DNA from: Trichosphaerium sp. ATCC 40318
Taxonomy: Eukaryota; Protista; Tubulinea
NCBI GenBank assembly: GCA_038496445.1
Contig: JALMLS010000199.1
Coordinates: 24,238-88,237, forward strand
Direction: 5' to 3'
DNA: 64,000 bases
Shown piece by piece: positions 14,001-28,262 of this stretch; position 1 is the stretch's first letter, and every line of letters begins with the position of its first letter. A program made the translations under genes and the position numbers. Under the pieces are notes generated by a model. That model saw only the letters and a program-made list of their open reading frames with translations, made no database searches and was not told the DNA's origin.

Positions 14001-16385
14001 CAAATCTGTTGAGAGAGAAAAAAGTAAGCAAACAGGCTGAGTATTACATCTGTGAAGTGCATCACTTACCTAGAGCAGGAACACAAGGACCAGCACGTTT
14101 ACGTTTCCATGCTGTACGATATCCTTTACTATTCTGTCTTGGGTCTATTATAGTCTCTAGTTTTTGATACATTTGCATCACCTGGCTCGGTACGCTTCGC
14201 CATTCTTTCTCAAGACGTTGAACGTTCGATACACTCAATGCACTGTATACTTGACGCATACCATAAAAGTTATTCAAGTCCCTTAGTCTCTAATAAGGGT
14301 GTTATTTGGAGAAAGAGAAAAAAAAAGGAAGATAAAAAAAGCCTATTTTTAGTCTTGTCATCTCGTGCTTGCGCTTTAACAATTACTAAAAAAATTACTT
14401 GCCTGTAGAACATTAATAAATGCTACAATCAAACCCACACGAGCTTTTTTCGTTGGCGCTAGCAAAATCTCGCTTGAAATCCAATAGGTCATCTAATAAA
14501 AACACGTGTTAATTCAAAAAACAAAAGAATGAACGAAACATGTCAAGCAGGAGTTTTTGTGAACAGTTAATGATGTTCACCTCACGGTATAGAATATAAA
14601 AATTATGTAAAACTGAACACGTGGTTTGCTTGGTTCCTAGAGGAAGGAAAAAGTCTTACGTTGTTGGAGTGTTCAACAGCTAATGTTGTAGTTTTCTTTG
14701 CATGTCCTTCATCTCTGTATCTCCCCTCAAATAGGTCGTCTAGTGATATGAGACAAATGAAATCATGATCCAGAATTGTCATCTGATTCGCTAGTTCCAT
14801 TGGGTCGTAATCGCATATCTTGAAACGCTTAGTCGAGGTTAATGTAATTTTGTGTTTTGGCTGCTTAGTAAAACTATTGAAAAAGAAAAAAGAAGAATGT
14901 CAGGACAAGACATTACGCTATGGTACAGAAGAAAACTCTCTACTTTGTCTTGAAAGTAGTGAATGGATTCGTTCACTTGTGTCTTGTCCAGGCATACTTA
15001 AAAGCCTACATTTTCTCCGCGATGTCTCACGTTGAATGGTACACGAGCAGAACTGCGTTTGCTCTTTGTGTCAGTTGGCGTATCAAGTTCGTTGCTCTTC
15101 CTCGGAGGTGATGGGTTCTAAAAAGTTTATAAGACAAAATTTAGTGCAACAATAAAATAAAAATTATCACGTGATTTTTTGTGTAACGTCAAAATAAGAA
15201 AAGACAGAAAAAGTAGAAAAAAATATTCTGAAATTGTATTTTGAAAAGTTGCTTACCATTTTCGATGTTATTATCTTTACAAACGGCGCACCATGCACAT
15301 CCGTCTCTAAGAACTCCAAAAATTTATCAAGGATGTCTTGCCATTCAGTAATATGTTTAAGCGTTTGGTAGCGATACTCAAGAAGAGTAACAAGCACATT
15401 AATAACTCTGTATATAAAAATAAGGAAAGAACAAATTAATTATTGTAATACAAAGAATATAAAGAATGTGTACCTCACTCGTGCTACCTTTTGGTCTCTC
15501 TCAAACGTTATACTAGTTTTAGACAATGTAGGTGTCTGTTTATAACAGGTATTTGTCAAGGAACATAAAAAATAAAGCAAAAAGTATGGAATAAAACTTC
15601 CACGCCTTATTCTTCTTGTACGACAAAATTATGATAGTACATACGCGTTTGCGCTTGCACTGCGCAGTATACAAATAGTTTTTAATAAAATGTTTCAAAA
15701 AGAATATTGGCGCTTTTGCAGTTTAGGGCGTAAGGATACTTCTTGATTAGGAGGCGTAGACACTTTATAGGAGTTATGTAGTAGTCAAGAGTTAAAACAA
15801 ATGTTTCTCTTGTTTCTTTATCTATAAAGGAGAAAATAAGTAAAGAGCTTCATGTTGTCTTTTAAAAACATAAAAAAATACATAGTGTTCGCTTATAAAC
15901 TATCCACGTGATGCGAAACGACAGTTTCTATAAAAATACAAAAAAAAAAGAGACAGAAAAAACTCTAAAGATGATTCTCTTACGTAACAACTCAAATACC
16001 TTTGTAGAAATAGAGTTGTTTTGAAAAGTAATCATATAATTATATTTGCCTGTTGTTTAAAACAATGTTACGTACCTGCGTCTCCTTTAACACGAACAAG
16101 TGTCTTTACCATACCAGGTACAGTAGCTTTTGTAATACAACGCTTCATTTGAAAAGCCGTAGCGGTGCTATATTCAACTTCAGAAGCAGCACCGGAGCCT
16201 GAATCTGAAGCTCCATCCATTGTGTCGACTGATCTTCTCCTTCTCTTGCTGCGTGTTGGGTAATTTTGAAGGTTGCTGGTGGATTTTTTTCTTGAAGCGA
16301 CTCTTTGCTCCTTTTTACTTGGTAAACTCTCCAGTGAGCGATTTGTATGGAGCCTAGAAGTACTCCGTGAGCCACCCTCCGACAT
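11071..16385 (-). CDS. RasGEF (REM + CDC25) with long C-terminal region containing PAS-like repeats
   Basis: ITKATVPGMVKTL (REM); PMELANQMTILDH, LNNFYGMRQVYSALSVSNVQRL, GPCVPALG, YVNWTKMRELA (CDC25). Exons continue in frame through 13.6-11.1 kb, with STPLLITTLDGKVQFLNKK and STPMIVINSRGTIK (PAS beta-hairpin-like). RasGEF is confident; the PAS call and the fusion are less so. Confidence 0.8.
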
Positions 16386-16765
16386 CTACGTGCGCTCAAA
16401 GACCTCTAGAGAAAAATGACGTAAAATGTGAAACTGCACAAAGAAAAAAAGAAGCACAAAAAATTCCTGTTGAGGAGCATTGGCAACTCTACTGCTTTTA
16501 TTTTTTGAGTAGTACCTGTTTCTGTAGTGGGCGAAAATAGGAGTATGTGACACTTTAAAACAAAAGTCCTAAAGTCTGCGTGTGGGACTACCTTAGCCTT
16601 GTTAGTATTTTTATTCTATGCGCATGAGATATACGCAACCGCCTAGTGCTTTAGTTCAAGATTATTAGGCGGCTCAGTGACGTGTAGCTTAACCCTTTGT
16701 TGCTTTAAGTTAGGCTCTCTGTTGTACAACTTTGTTTCGACAAAACTAAACGTGTTGATGATTGA

Positions 16766-19700
16766 ATGACCGAAACAAACCTAAACATTCGTGCAAAAGT
16801 ACTCTACAAGTTCGACGCGCAAAATGAAGAAGAGTTAAACTTGGCAGAAGGTGATATTATCGTTATTAGTGAAAAACACGACGATGGGTGGTGGATAGGA
16901 ACATTTAAGGGCACTTTGGGATACTTTCCGGGTAGTTATGTCGAGGAGCTGCCTGAAAAGGCTCCTGTTGAGGCTGTGAGGAAGCCTCCAACGAAGAAAG
17001 CACCGAAAGCTCCAACAGGTATACACTCATCGTTCTACACTCGATACTCACAATGTTGCTCTATTTCAGCTTTGAAAGCCACAAGCAATGACAGCGCTAC
17101 AAAACCGTTATCAAAGCGTCACACAACGAACAGTATAGCTGCTGAGGAAGTAAAGCCAAAACCCAACCCTAAACCCAAGCTACGAACAGCAGTAAGCGCG
17201 CGGTTTCCAAAAGGCAAACCTTTACCCAAAACGCCACCGAAGCCAGCAAAACTCAACTCTAGAAAGTCCACTAGCCCCTCAAGGATAAGACGCACTACAA
17301 GCACCCAGTCAATCCCAGGTACGCCTTAAAAATAAAAATCCGCTAGATAAACACTCTAAACACTCTACTACGCCTTTAAATGACTACGTTATTGATATCA
17401 ACCTCGTAGTTATTTTTTCCGTGTAAGTTTAGAGTCTCGAATGCAATTTTTTTATTTTTCTTCACCAACGACCCTCTTAACCCTTTTGTTGTAGTGAAAC
17501 TAGTGCGTAAAACGCAAGCAAAGAAACCAAAAAAAAGTACAGATAGTTCAAAGCCAAGAAAGCTGCCTGCTGACTGGGGTACGTATTTTTTTTCTGTTTT
17601 CTAGAGACTAGTTTATTTTGCTGTTATTTTTTTTTGTGGAATAAGGTGAAAGACGGACACATAATCGGTTGTGACAGATTTTTATTTTATTCTTCATTTT
17701 TTTTTTTTGTTGTTTCAGATGTCATGTCGTCTGTTGTGAAGTAACCTCGGTTTTTTAGAGAAAAAGAGAGCTTATACTGCCAAAGAGATATTGGATACTG
17801 AAAATAATTATATTAAATCGCTTATGATGGCTGTTAATGTGCGTTTTGATTGATTTACTAAAATATACAAAAATATTCATCCAGACGCAGAAAAAAACGC
17901 CAAAGCAACTTTTGGTCAACTGTTGCGACTATTTGTTTTCCCTCGTGCACGAATATTCATATGTCTCATATTTATTATAGAATTTCTACGAGCCGATAGC
18001 AAAAGCAGCGATTACAGACTCTAAAATTCCAATCAAGGATATTAATGTCATATTCTCTGATTTACGTCAGATTTTACCTCTCAACTCTGATTTAGCCAAG
18101 CGTAAGTAACACCTTTGTAACCAGTTGTTTCCTTGTTTTTGTAGCGAGACTTTTTAATTAATTAAATGGCATGTAGAATTAAAGGTTAGAATGAAGAGTT
18201 GGACTAGTCAGGCTCGTATTGGTGATATTTTCGTAAAATTTGTACGCGTATTTAAAAACATTTTCTTGTGTTATCTATTTTTTATTTGGTTTCCAAAAAT
18301 AGCAACTAATTTCGGCACTTTTTACATTTTTTTTTTCGCCTTCTGTTTGTATAAAGTCACGTAGCTTAGTATTTTTTGAAATATTGTTGTTTAAGTGCTG
18401 GCTTGGTTAACGTTTTACAAAGGCACCATTTTTAAAGATGTATACAAACTTTGGTAACAACTATGATGCTGCCTTGGAGCTTTTGGGTCGTATTAAAGAA
18501 GAGAGGTGGTTCACGTCTTTATGTGGAATTAATGGTGCTCGTGATCTTGAGGCTTTGTTGATTACACCTATACAAAGGATACCTCGTTATAATCTATTGA
18601 TAAGTGTAAGTGTAATTCTTTTTTTTGACAATGTTTTTGAATTCATTTCAGCTCTTGAAGGGTATCTTAAAGAAATTTAATTGGCCTTTAGGATATGATC
18701 AAGCTTACACCGGATGATCACCCTGATTTTGAAGATCTTACAAAAGCGTTGCAGACAACAGTGCGTTGATTTATTGGTTTTTTTTAATTTGATGAAGTTT
18801 TCTGGTTTTATTAATACAAAAGCGTAGCAAGAGGTGTCTCAACATATTAATGATTCTATAAAATATTCAAAAAATACAGATAAACTAGCAGAAGCTGGAC
18901 TCGGTGTACGTAATTCGCTAAATTTATTTTTTGTACGTTAATTTGTTTTTTGCTTTAGGAACTTATGGCACCTGCACGTGAACTTATCAGAGATGGTAGC
19001 TTGAATGTGCATTCAGATGAAAATGCTGGTAAAAAGAAAATAGGTATCATGCCTATAAAGAGATCAAGAGCATTGCGTCTGTACGACATGAATTTTTTTT
19101 ATTTTTACTAGTAAAATTTCTTTGAACCTAACACTGTCTTTAGAAATCACTTCCTATTGTTTAATGATGTATTATCTATTGTCGATGAACCATTAGATAG
19201 TAGGATAAGGCGTTATAAGAAAGCTGATAGCAAGAAGAAGTTGAGTAAGCCAATTAATTGGCCTCTCTACCTCGTTTGGTTAAAAAATATTTGTATCCAC
19301 TTTTTCACTGTTTTTTTTACCTTTTAATTTGTATTACCTTGACGACATTAAAGCAACATCAAGCTTTGAGTTGATTGGTCCAAACAAATCTGTTATAGTA
19401 TACCCTGCAACAGCTACTGAAAAAGCTGCGTGGTGGGACTCTTTAAAGGAGTACATAGGTTCGTCGTTTTAACACATTCATAAGTATTTTATTAAGATTT
19501 TTTTTTATAGAAGCTGCTGTCCGCCTTCTTCCTGAACAGGAAGGTGCACCACAAGAAAATCGTGCTGAAAAATTAATGGCTCGTTATGGTAAGTATGAGT
19601 TTGCTACAGGAGAAGAGTACGAAGGATGGTGGTATCAAGGAAGGGTATGTTGTCGTTATGTATTTTATTATATGGTTTCAGCTTGGTTAATTAAATTCGC

Positions 19701-21091
19701 TGTTTTTAGATGCATGGAGAGGGTATATTCACATCGTTTGGAAGTGTTTATGAAGGACAGTTTGAGAATAATAATAAATCAGGCATTGGATTGTTAACTT
19801 ATACATCTGGCCAACAATATGATGGTAAGAGCTTTAGTAGTAGTCTTGGTTTGATAGTATTTGATTGACTTTACTTCTAGGTGAGTGGAAGAACGGTAGA
19901 CCACATGGTGTTGGTGCTATGTTGTTTGCACAAGGTGTTGAGTACTCTGGTGATTGGAAAGAAGGCAAACAATGTGGACATGGTGTTATGAAGTATGCCA
20001 ATGGAGATGTATATGATGGTTCTTGGAAACTTGGTCAGCCTGATGGAAAAGGACACTTGAAAATGACTAATGGATTCACTTATTTTGGTGATTTCGTTAA
20101 TGGAGAAGTAAGAAATCAATTTGTGCCCACACAAAAAAGTTGTTCTGATGACGTTTTTGTTTTAAGTTTGAAGGAAATGGTACTGCTGTACGGCCTGACG
20201 GTTATACATATGCTGGGGACTTTGAAAAAGGTGTAGAGTCTGGAAAGGGTGTAGCCACGTACACGACAGGAAAGTATACTGGTGATTTCAAAGAAGGAAA
20301 AGTACGTTTAAACGGTTTTTTTTTTTAGGTAAAGTACTCTCTGTTAATAACTTTTTTTAGCGCCACGGTCGAGGAATATGGGAAGGAAATGATAACTCAC
20401 ATTATGAAGGTGAATGGCGTGATGATATGAAAGAGGGTAGTGGATCTCTTACCAATGAAGATGGTAACACATACACTGGCATGTGGAGGTCAGGAAAGGT
20501 ACTTTAGTTAGCTCCTTCTTTTTTTACTTCCCTTTTGTGTTTACGTTTTTTTTCTTTAGTTCTCTGGTCCTGGAACGTGGGAGTCTAAGACTGAGTTCTT
20601 ATGTCATTATGATGGACACTTTGAAGATGGCTGTAGAGACGGAAAAGGCGTTGCTACGATGTCTAATGGAGATGTTTATGATGGAGAGTTTAAACTTGGA
20701 GTGTTTCACGGTCAGGGTATTTATACTTTTTCAAATGGTACCGTTATTGAAGGAAAGTGGAGTCAAGGTGTCAGGTATGAAAATAACAAAGATTCACAAA
20801 TTGAGTTGGGTTTTTAAGTCAAAAAAAAATCACGTGACATGTTTCATTGTGTTGTTTTTTTTTTCTTTTTTTTTTTTTTTTGCACTGAAAAAAAGTGCGT
20901 TTGGGAGTTCCATTACTGTCATTCTCGCTTGGTATTTTTTGGCTTATGGGTTTGCTTGTAGGGAAGGAAAGTGTGTTGTTAAAAATAGTGATGGAAAGTC
21001 TCTTGTTATAGAAGCCAGTTATGAAGAACAAATTGGAACTTTTTATTGTCCACCATTTAATCCTCCTGTTTTCCAGTTTCCTTGGCCTTAA
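16766..21091 (+). CDS. SH3 - Pro-rich - RhoGEF(DH) - PH - MORN repeat protein (alsin-like DH-PH-MORN core)
   Basis: AKVLYKFDAQNEEEL...DDGWWIG...GYFPGSYV (SH3); EILDTENNY, LLITPIQRIPRYNLL, TPDDHPD (DH); FLLFNDVL...EKAAWWDSL (PH); multiple Y.G.W..G..HG.G MORN repeats at 19.6-20.8 kb. Confidence 0.9.
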
Positions 21092-21968
21092 GGAATTAGG
21101 AAAAAAAAAATGACATAAATGCATAGTGTACTTGTGTAAAGAATTTAATTAATTTGTAAATAAACCCTTTGTCTTTGTCATACGTTTTAAGACAGCAAAT
21201 ATAAAAAAGGATAAAAACTATCATGTCAAAACATTATTACTACATAGCACTGGAACAAGTGGCCGCCACTTTAGTGTGGCATGCATGGAATGATGTAGGA
21301 ACAGCAATAATGTAATAGCAAACTCATGAATGTGGCGTCAGGTCGGTGTAGCGTCACAATAGTTGTTGCTGATGGGTGCAATCAAAAAATATAATGTAAG
21401 GTTAGTAGCGCATCACCAATATCATATTGATGCTGTAGTTTTAAGCGGAGAAAGGCGATTGCTTTGGCAACTCTTACACTGTTTAAAGTTTTACAAATCG
21501 AATTAAAACACGTGATTTTTGAAATTCAAAAAAAAGCGGACGAAGGGTTTTACCAACCAAGGCCAATACTGTCTAGACAAGTATTTTAATGAATGAAGGT
21601 AGAATACTATTTAAATAAATATTTAAAGGAAAAATCTGGATTGTTGATGAAGCACGTGTTTGTAAATTTTCAATCAAAATAACGGCTTGCGGATGGACCT
21701 GATGCAGGAGTTGGTGTTTTTATCAGAAAGCTACTTTTGACATCACTTCGTTAAGCAATCCTTTTTGTTAGTTTAATTCAACCGTGATATTTACAAAGCC
21801 ATGTTATTTTACTGTAGGAACAAACCATTTACCACTTTTTTTTATTATTCTGTCTTTAAGAATTTACAGCTGTTGCTGTTTGTATGTTAAACAGAGTTGC
21901 AGTTAAATACTATCAAACCTACTGAGTGAATAGTCACAACCTTCACTGTAATCAATCAGTTTACTTTT

Positions 21969-23383
21969 TTACCTCACCATCACATACATATGCTCTTTGA
22001 CAAGTTTTCCGCCGCTTTGCCATTCTTTGAACTTGCCATGTTTTTTATTTTCAACAACAAAATAGCATTGATATTTTAGCTGTCCATTAGCATGCCACCT
22101 TTTATACTCACCATTCTTCTTGCCATTAACATAAAAAGTCTGCATCTCAAGTTGTCCATTCTCATACCAACTGCTATACTTTCCGTCATAATGCACCATT
22201 TATGAATCCAAAGTTGTCCATCGTCATACCATTGCTTATACTCACCATTTTGTGTACCATTGATGTACCGTGTATGTGCACAAAGTTGTCCATTGCTGTG
22301 CCATCTTTTGAATTCTCCAATGATTTTACCTTCAACATACCAGCATTGCGTAGCAAGTTGTCCATTGTCATGCCAAGTTTTGAACTCACCACATCTCTTA
22401 CCATTAATATTATTGTACCGGCATCGTAATTGTCCATTGTCATGCCACTTCTTATACTTGCCATTCTTCTTGTCATCGATATACCAAATTTTCTCTTTAA
22501 GCTGTCCATTTCTATACCACTCTTTATAAGCATGTTTCTTACCACCACGATTATTGTAATACCAACAGTGTATCAAAGGCTGCCCATTATCATACCATGT
22601 TTTAAACTCACCATCCTTTTTACCATTTACATACACACATTGCAGTTTAAGGTGCCCATTCTCGTGCCATTTCTTGTTGTCACCATGCTCTTTATTCTGA
22701 ACAAACCACTTGTGACTTTTAATTTGTCCATCATACCAGCTTTGAAATTCACCGTTCACTTTGTCATCAGCATTCCAATATTGCATGTTAAATTGTCCAT
22801 TTTTATGCCACTTTTTGTACTCACCTTCATTTTTACCCTCAACACACCGACAATGTATGTCAAGTTGTCCATTTTCATACCATTGTTTGTACTCACCATT
22901 TAATAGACCATTAGCATACCAACAATGTATTTCAAGTTGCCCGTTTTCATACCACTCTTTGTATTCACCATCATCTTTTCCATCAACAAACCAACAATGC
23001 TTTGCAAGTTGCCCGTCTTCATACCACTGCGTGAACTCACCTTCTTGTTTACCATCAATATACCAAGTGAGCACCTCAGGTTGTCCGTTTTCATGCCACT
23101 CTTTGTACTCACCATTTGTCTTGCCATCAACAAGATTGTGTTTGCACTGTAAGTTATTACTGCAAGTATACCATTCCATCCAAGTACCATGTTTCTCAAG
23201 TTTATGATTGTAGTGAGTGTTGATTGCAGCACGTTTTGATAGTTTATGGAATTTGCAAAATAATTCCTTATCAAATGTGCATATATAACGTTGAATGTCA
23301 CAAGGGATATCCAGCAAATAAGTTGGGTTGTAATCCCAGAAATATACTCCAGGCTTTGATGGCATTAAAGTTTGTGTGGACAT
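21969..23383 (-). CDS. Intronless F-box-like + MORN-variant (YwqK-like) repeat protein with a frameshift near the C-terminus
   Basis: LLDIPCDIQRYICTF (F-box-like) followed by ~17 24-aa repeats W[YH]xNGQL...GEYK. The repeats move from ORF 22076-23383 into ORF 21969-22199 at ~22190. Confidence 0.8.
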
Positions 23384-23948
23384 ATCTAAAACTCATCAAT
23401 ATTACGAGATACTGAATGTACGACAAAAAAAAAGCCTAAGAAATGAGCACCGATATTGACCTAGATTTACTTAAAATTGGTTTCAGGGTATATGATTTCT
23501 AAATCATCAAACATTTCGTTGATTGGAAGCGTATTGATTCCTCTATTAAGAATGATTGTAAACGTTGCGTGTTACTGATGCTGTGGTTATTAGAGTTGAA
23601 GTCGGAAGCGTGGTTGGAGGTAGAGTTGTTGGCATTAAAGTGAATGAGAAAACACCAGATGAATCAATGTAAAAGATGATATTAGAAGTATTATCAACAT
23701 ACTAACTCTCTCTAGTTTGTACGTTTATTCACTCGGCGGTTCCTTGTTTATTCATTGCAACTGTATTGTTGGTGAAAAGGGTCTCCTAAACACTGTGCCA
23801 CTGTCCTAGTCGAAATTAAACTGCAAGTGCTTACAAATTTGGCGTTTATTTCCACGTGGAATTCAGGTGAAAATGTGAATTTGGCCTTCAAGCTACAGCT
23901 TTCGTCAAAGTTAGTCTTTTAGCGTTTGCAAGCAAGCAACGGGTAATA

Positions 23949-26103
23949 ATGCTACTCGCTATAGACGTAGGAACGTCCAATATAAAAGGTAAGGGCTTAT
24001 AAGGATTTGGACAGCTTTTCTCTTACAAACGTAATAGTGGCGTTAATTACGCGTCAGGGAGAGATTTTAACGTCTTCAGAAGTTCATTGCCCTTCGTTAA
24101 CGTATCCTGGTGGTAAAGTTGAACAAAAGCCTGTACAATGGTGGGATGCTACTAAATACGCTGTCTTACAAGTACAAAAGCAATCAGCGCACATTCCAGT
24201 TCGTACGGCTTAACCTCATTAATTTTGCTCAAAACCAATCAAATCTTCTTTTATTATCCGTATAGTGGGTCATGAGACGAGTGGTGATCCTTTTTTCGCA
24301 TCACGTGTGCTGTGGTTTGCATATGTCTTAAATTAGGCTTTAGGTATTGACGGCGTAGCTGTAACAGGTCAGATGCAAAGTTTGATTACTTTGGACGAAA
24401 GCGGTTGTATTCTACACTTACGCGCGTTATTACACTCTGATGTTAGAGCCACTGAAGAAGCAAAGGCTATAGAAGATAAAATAGGTATTGATAAGTTGAA
24501 ACAGATCGTTGGAAACTGGAAAGGAGCAGCAAGGTAACTTTGTTTCGAACCTAGAAAAAAAAAAGATAGACACTTTTCTAAGTGCCTTCCGTAGTATACC
24601 ATCAAAGTGGTTGTGGTTAAAAAAGCATCTGGAAGAGACTAAAGATGCACAATTCTTACATAAAGTACTTCTTGGTGCTCATGACTTTTTGTATTTCTTG
24701 ATGACACGAAAGGCTGTTGTTGATTACACCAATGGTACTTTTTTTTTCTGCTGATGGCATGTTTTTTGCTGACTTTCTTGTTAGCTTCTACTACTGGTAT
24801 GCTAAATATTAGAACCCGTGAATGGGCTACGGACATCTTAGATACTGTTGGTCTTGATACAAAAGCACTTCCCCCTTTATCACATGTCACAAGAGCTAAA
24901 ATTAGAACAAGCGCTTATAAATTTTTATTCCCTGTTTCAAAGGCAAATAAATGTGCTTGGGAAGTATCTACAAGTGTACCTGTATTCCATTGTGGCGGTG
25001 ACATAATGACAACAACTGTTGGTGCTAGCGCAGGACTAGCTGGTACCGTCTACGGGTACCTCGGAACAAGCGGTATGCAAGAAGAAATTTTTTTATTCTT
25101 AAACTTTCTCGCAGGTTGGATAGCAAATGTGGTCAATGGATTCCCACCACAAACACCTACTGATGAATGTTTCACATTGTGCCATGCTTTGAAAGATAGT
25201 TATATTCGCGCATCATCAATGGTATAGCCCAAAAACATCAAAAAGTGCTCAGTATCCGAAAAAAAGTGTTGTATCTTCTACTGCGCTCTTTCTTACCTTA
25301 TTATTAAATTGCTAATTGGATGTTTACTAATTCGTACTGCTAGGCAACAGTTGGAGGAAATCTAACATGGTACAGCGAGACATGTGGAATGGATCTCGAC
25401 TCTTTCTGCTCTCTTGCTTCTACGGCTTCGCCAGGATGTGGTGGTGTAGTTTTCATGCCACATTTGAGCGGAGAGAGATCACCTTTTATTGACCCAAATG
25501 CAAGGAGCTGTTTCATTGGTTTATCAGCATCCACATCAAAACCTGAAATGTGCAGGCAAGTTGTAATATTTCTCGTTCATCTAAGATTTCTCACTTTTAT
25601 GATTGTTGCCTTACTTAAGTGTAGGAGCGTTTTGGAGGGTATTGCTTTTGGTGTAAAGAGCCTAATGGGTCCGCTTGGTGTAGATGTTAAGGAAATGATA
25701 ATTGTTGGAGGCATGACAAAGTCTGATGTGTTTTTACAGATTCTGGCAGATGTTTTGGTACGATTGGTTTTTTTTTGGTTTGACAAAAACTAACATGCTT
25801 GTTTAGGGTATAAATCTTGTTGTCCTTAAGTGTTCTGAGCACGTTGCCACACTTGGAGCTGCTATACAAACAGGCGTTGAGCTTGGTTGGTACAAATCTT
25901 TGGTACCTACAGGCGGTGAACACTTTGCTGTGTTGAAGAAGGTTCAAACTGAGGAGGTACAAGACATTATTCGAAAACTAGATTCTGATGAGTTTTAGGC
26001 GAATAAAGCTGTTTATGATAGTACCTACGGTGTATACAAATCTTTGTACCCCAGCCTTAAAGGCGCTTTTAGTAGTTTGGCGAGTATTCATACCTCAGAC
26101 TAA
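23949..26103 (+). CDS. xylB: Xylulokinase / FGGY carbohydrate kinase (bacterial XylB-like)
   Basis: MLLAIDVGTSNIK; VEQKPVQWW; VTGQMQSL; SDVRA; DYTNASTTGML; GGD; YLGTSGW; FMPHLSGERSPFIDPNAR; VLEGIAF; VGGMTKS..LQILADV. Confidence 0.85.
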
Positions 26104-26598
26104 TAAAATGTCATCAAAAAAATCAGATTGTTTGATATGCAAAAATTTTCTTTTAAACTAGCATTTGCTTTATAGTTATGTGGGTGTAAGGTATTCATTA
26201 CAGTCGGCATAAGTAAAGTTGAGCAAACAGCAATATGTGATCAGATTTACGAGAGGGGGATTTGGATCGTGATGGTACGCAGTTTAAAGGCAAACAAAAT
26301 TTTTATAGACAACTTTCCATGCATGGTGCATAAACTAACTATCTTAGGTATGTTCGTATCAGACGATTGTCGCAGTTTTAAATCTACCTTAGACTACAGA
26401 CGGTTTATAGTTCTTCACTAAAGGATCAACAGTCAAGATAATTAATGACTGCCAGAATTATGTCTAAACCTTAATTGTATAACACTACAAGCTGGGAGTC
26501 AAATCTATGTAAACAATAACCTGTACTACGCTGTTAAAGTAGCAAAGGAAATGTTTAGTCTTTTCTATTTATTATTCTATTCTCTAAAGTTATAGGTA

Positions 26599-27943
26599 TC
26601 AACAACCTGTACATGCTAATTGTCCGGATGGTGTCATACAAAATCTTGTAGCCTCTAAAGGTGTACGACATTTGAAGCAATTAAAGCAGCTCAAGTGTAC
26701 TTTTTTATCTGAAAATTGCAAGTACTTTCCACCATCAATATTTTGACGACATACGATGCATCCACCAATATGACTGCCCTCTAACAGCGTAATACCCTAC
26801 AAAATAAAAATAAACACGTGACCGTTTAATAAAAAAACGTGACAAGCTCAGCAGTTGTCATGTGGGTTTTTTTTGTATCATACCTGTTTCTGTTTAGCGC
26901 AAGGTACACAATATGGTTTTTGCTCAACGTTGGCATGCTGACCTTCGCCAAGGCTTTTGTTACAGGATGTACATGTAAAACACTCGAAGTGCCAAACGCG
27001 ATCCATGGCGAGTATTTGTCTGCTGTCTACTATTACATCGCATTTAGGGCAATACAAAGACTTGCAATTGAGGTGAGCCATTTTTCCATTACTAAATTTA
27101 ATGTAATTGCCGACAATCCCTAAATAGAAATAAATACGCGGCGCCATTGCTGGAAAAAACTAAAACAATCACGAGAAAGGAAAACAGAAAATAGGAAAAA
27201 CAAAAAAAAGTAAAAACTCTTTTGAAGTTTTCTTCCGACCTTCATGGCATCTGAAGCAGTTGAATACTTTCGGAAGACAATCAACGCAGTAAGGTATTTT
27301 ATTTGCTAAGTCCTCATAGTACTTCCCTAAATTATAATATCGTTAGGATCGGGGAAACGGAATTGTAGTTTTTTTTTCTTTTTTGTTTCTCCTGTTTTTG
27401 TAGTAAACCACGTGATTAATTTCTACGTTACCTGATCCTATATTCAAGCGTTTACCGCAATGTCCACAACAAAAGCATTCTATATGAAAGAAAACACCCA
27501 TAGATTCAATATGATCACCTATACAATCTACACAGAGGTCAGATAAAGAGAACTAGAGGATTATTAAGTTTGTTATCGAATGTTACCTCTACCGCATTTT
27601 TTGCATTTATTGTAAACTATCTGCGACCCATATGCGCCTCCTCTTCCGCCGGGCAATCCTATAGAAGCGTAAATTTTTCATCCTGTAAAACTTTTTTGGG
27701 CAGTTTGTTCTGTTTTCGTACTAATCTGTTCCTTAGGCCCTCTGACCAGTTTGGCATTGCCTTCAGCAATTTTCAATATCATCTAACGAACATTACAAAA
27801 CATCCAAACGAAAAGATCGTTGCTGTAAAGCACGCGCGAAAAGTAGACTAGAAAGGCAGAAAACGAGCACTTACTTGTTCATAATCAGATATCATCTTTG
27901 GCACTTTTTCTCGGGTAGCCCGCGGTTGCCATTCATATGCCAT
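26599..27943 (-). CDS. Triple-LIM domain protein (paxillin/zyxin-like)
   Basis: FFHIECFCCGHCGKRL; CPKCDVIV...AMDRVWHFECFTCTSCNKSL...PYCVPC; CIVCRQNI...VHLSCFNCFKCRTPL...LACTGC*. Confidence 0.85.
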
Positions 27944-28262
27944 GTTTATTTATTGTATTTCTTTACAGGAAAATGAAAAAAACGGGCCTCTTTGTTGCGT
28001 TCTTGGGTGACCGCAAGCTTTTTGTGGAACACGTGCACTTTTTTAATATATTGAGAAAGGTATCCCGAAAATAACAACCAATCTCAAAAAAAGTAATCAC
28101 GTGACGTAGTACAGTCGATTTTTTTGAAAACAAAGTGCAGTTGTGTTCTTTTGTCAACGCGCGGTAAAATTACAGTGAAATGCAACTAGCGCGCTTTATG
28201 GTGGTCGCAAGTTTTTTATTTAAGCATAAGGAACAACCTTAGAACTTAGAGCGGTTTTTTTT

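Noticed and set aside
22186-23301. Many overlapping antisense and alternate-frame ORFs over the MORN gene (also 8850-9240)
   Set aside because: They are shadow ORFs produced by repeat periodicity.
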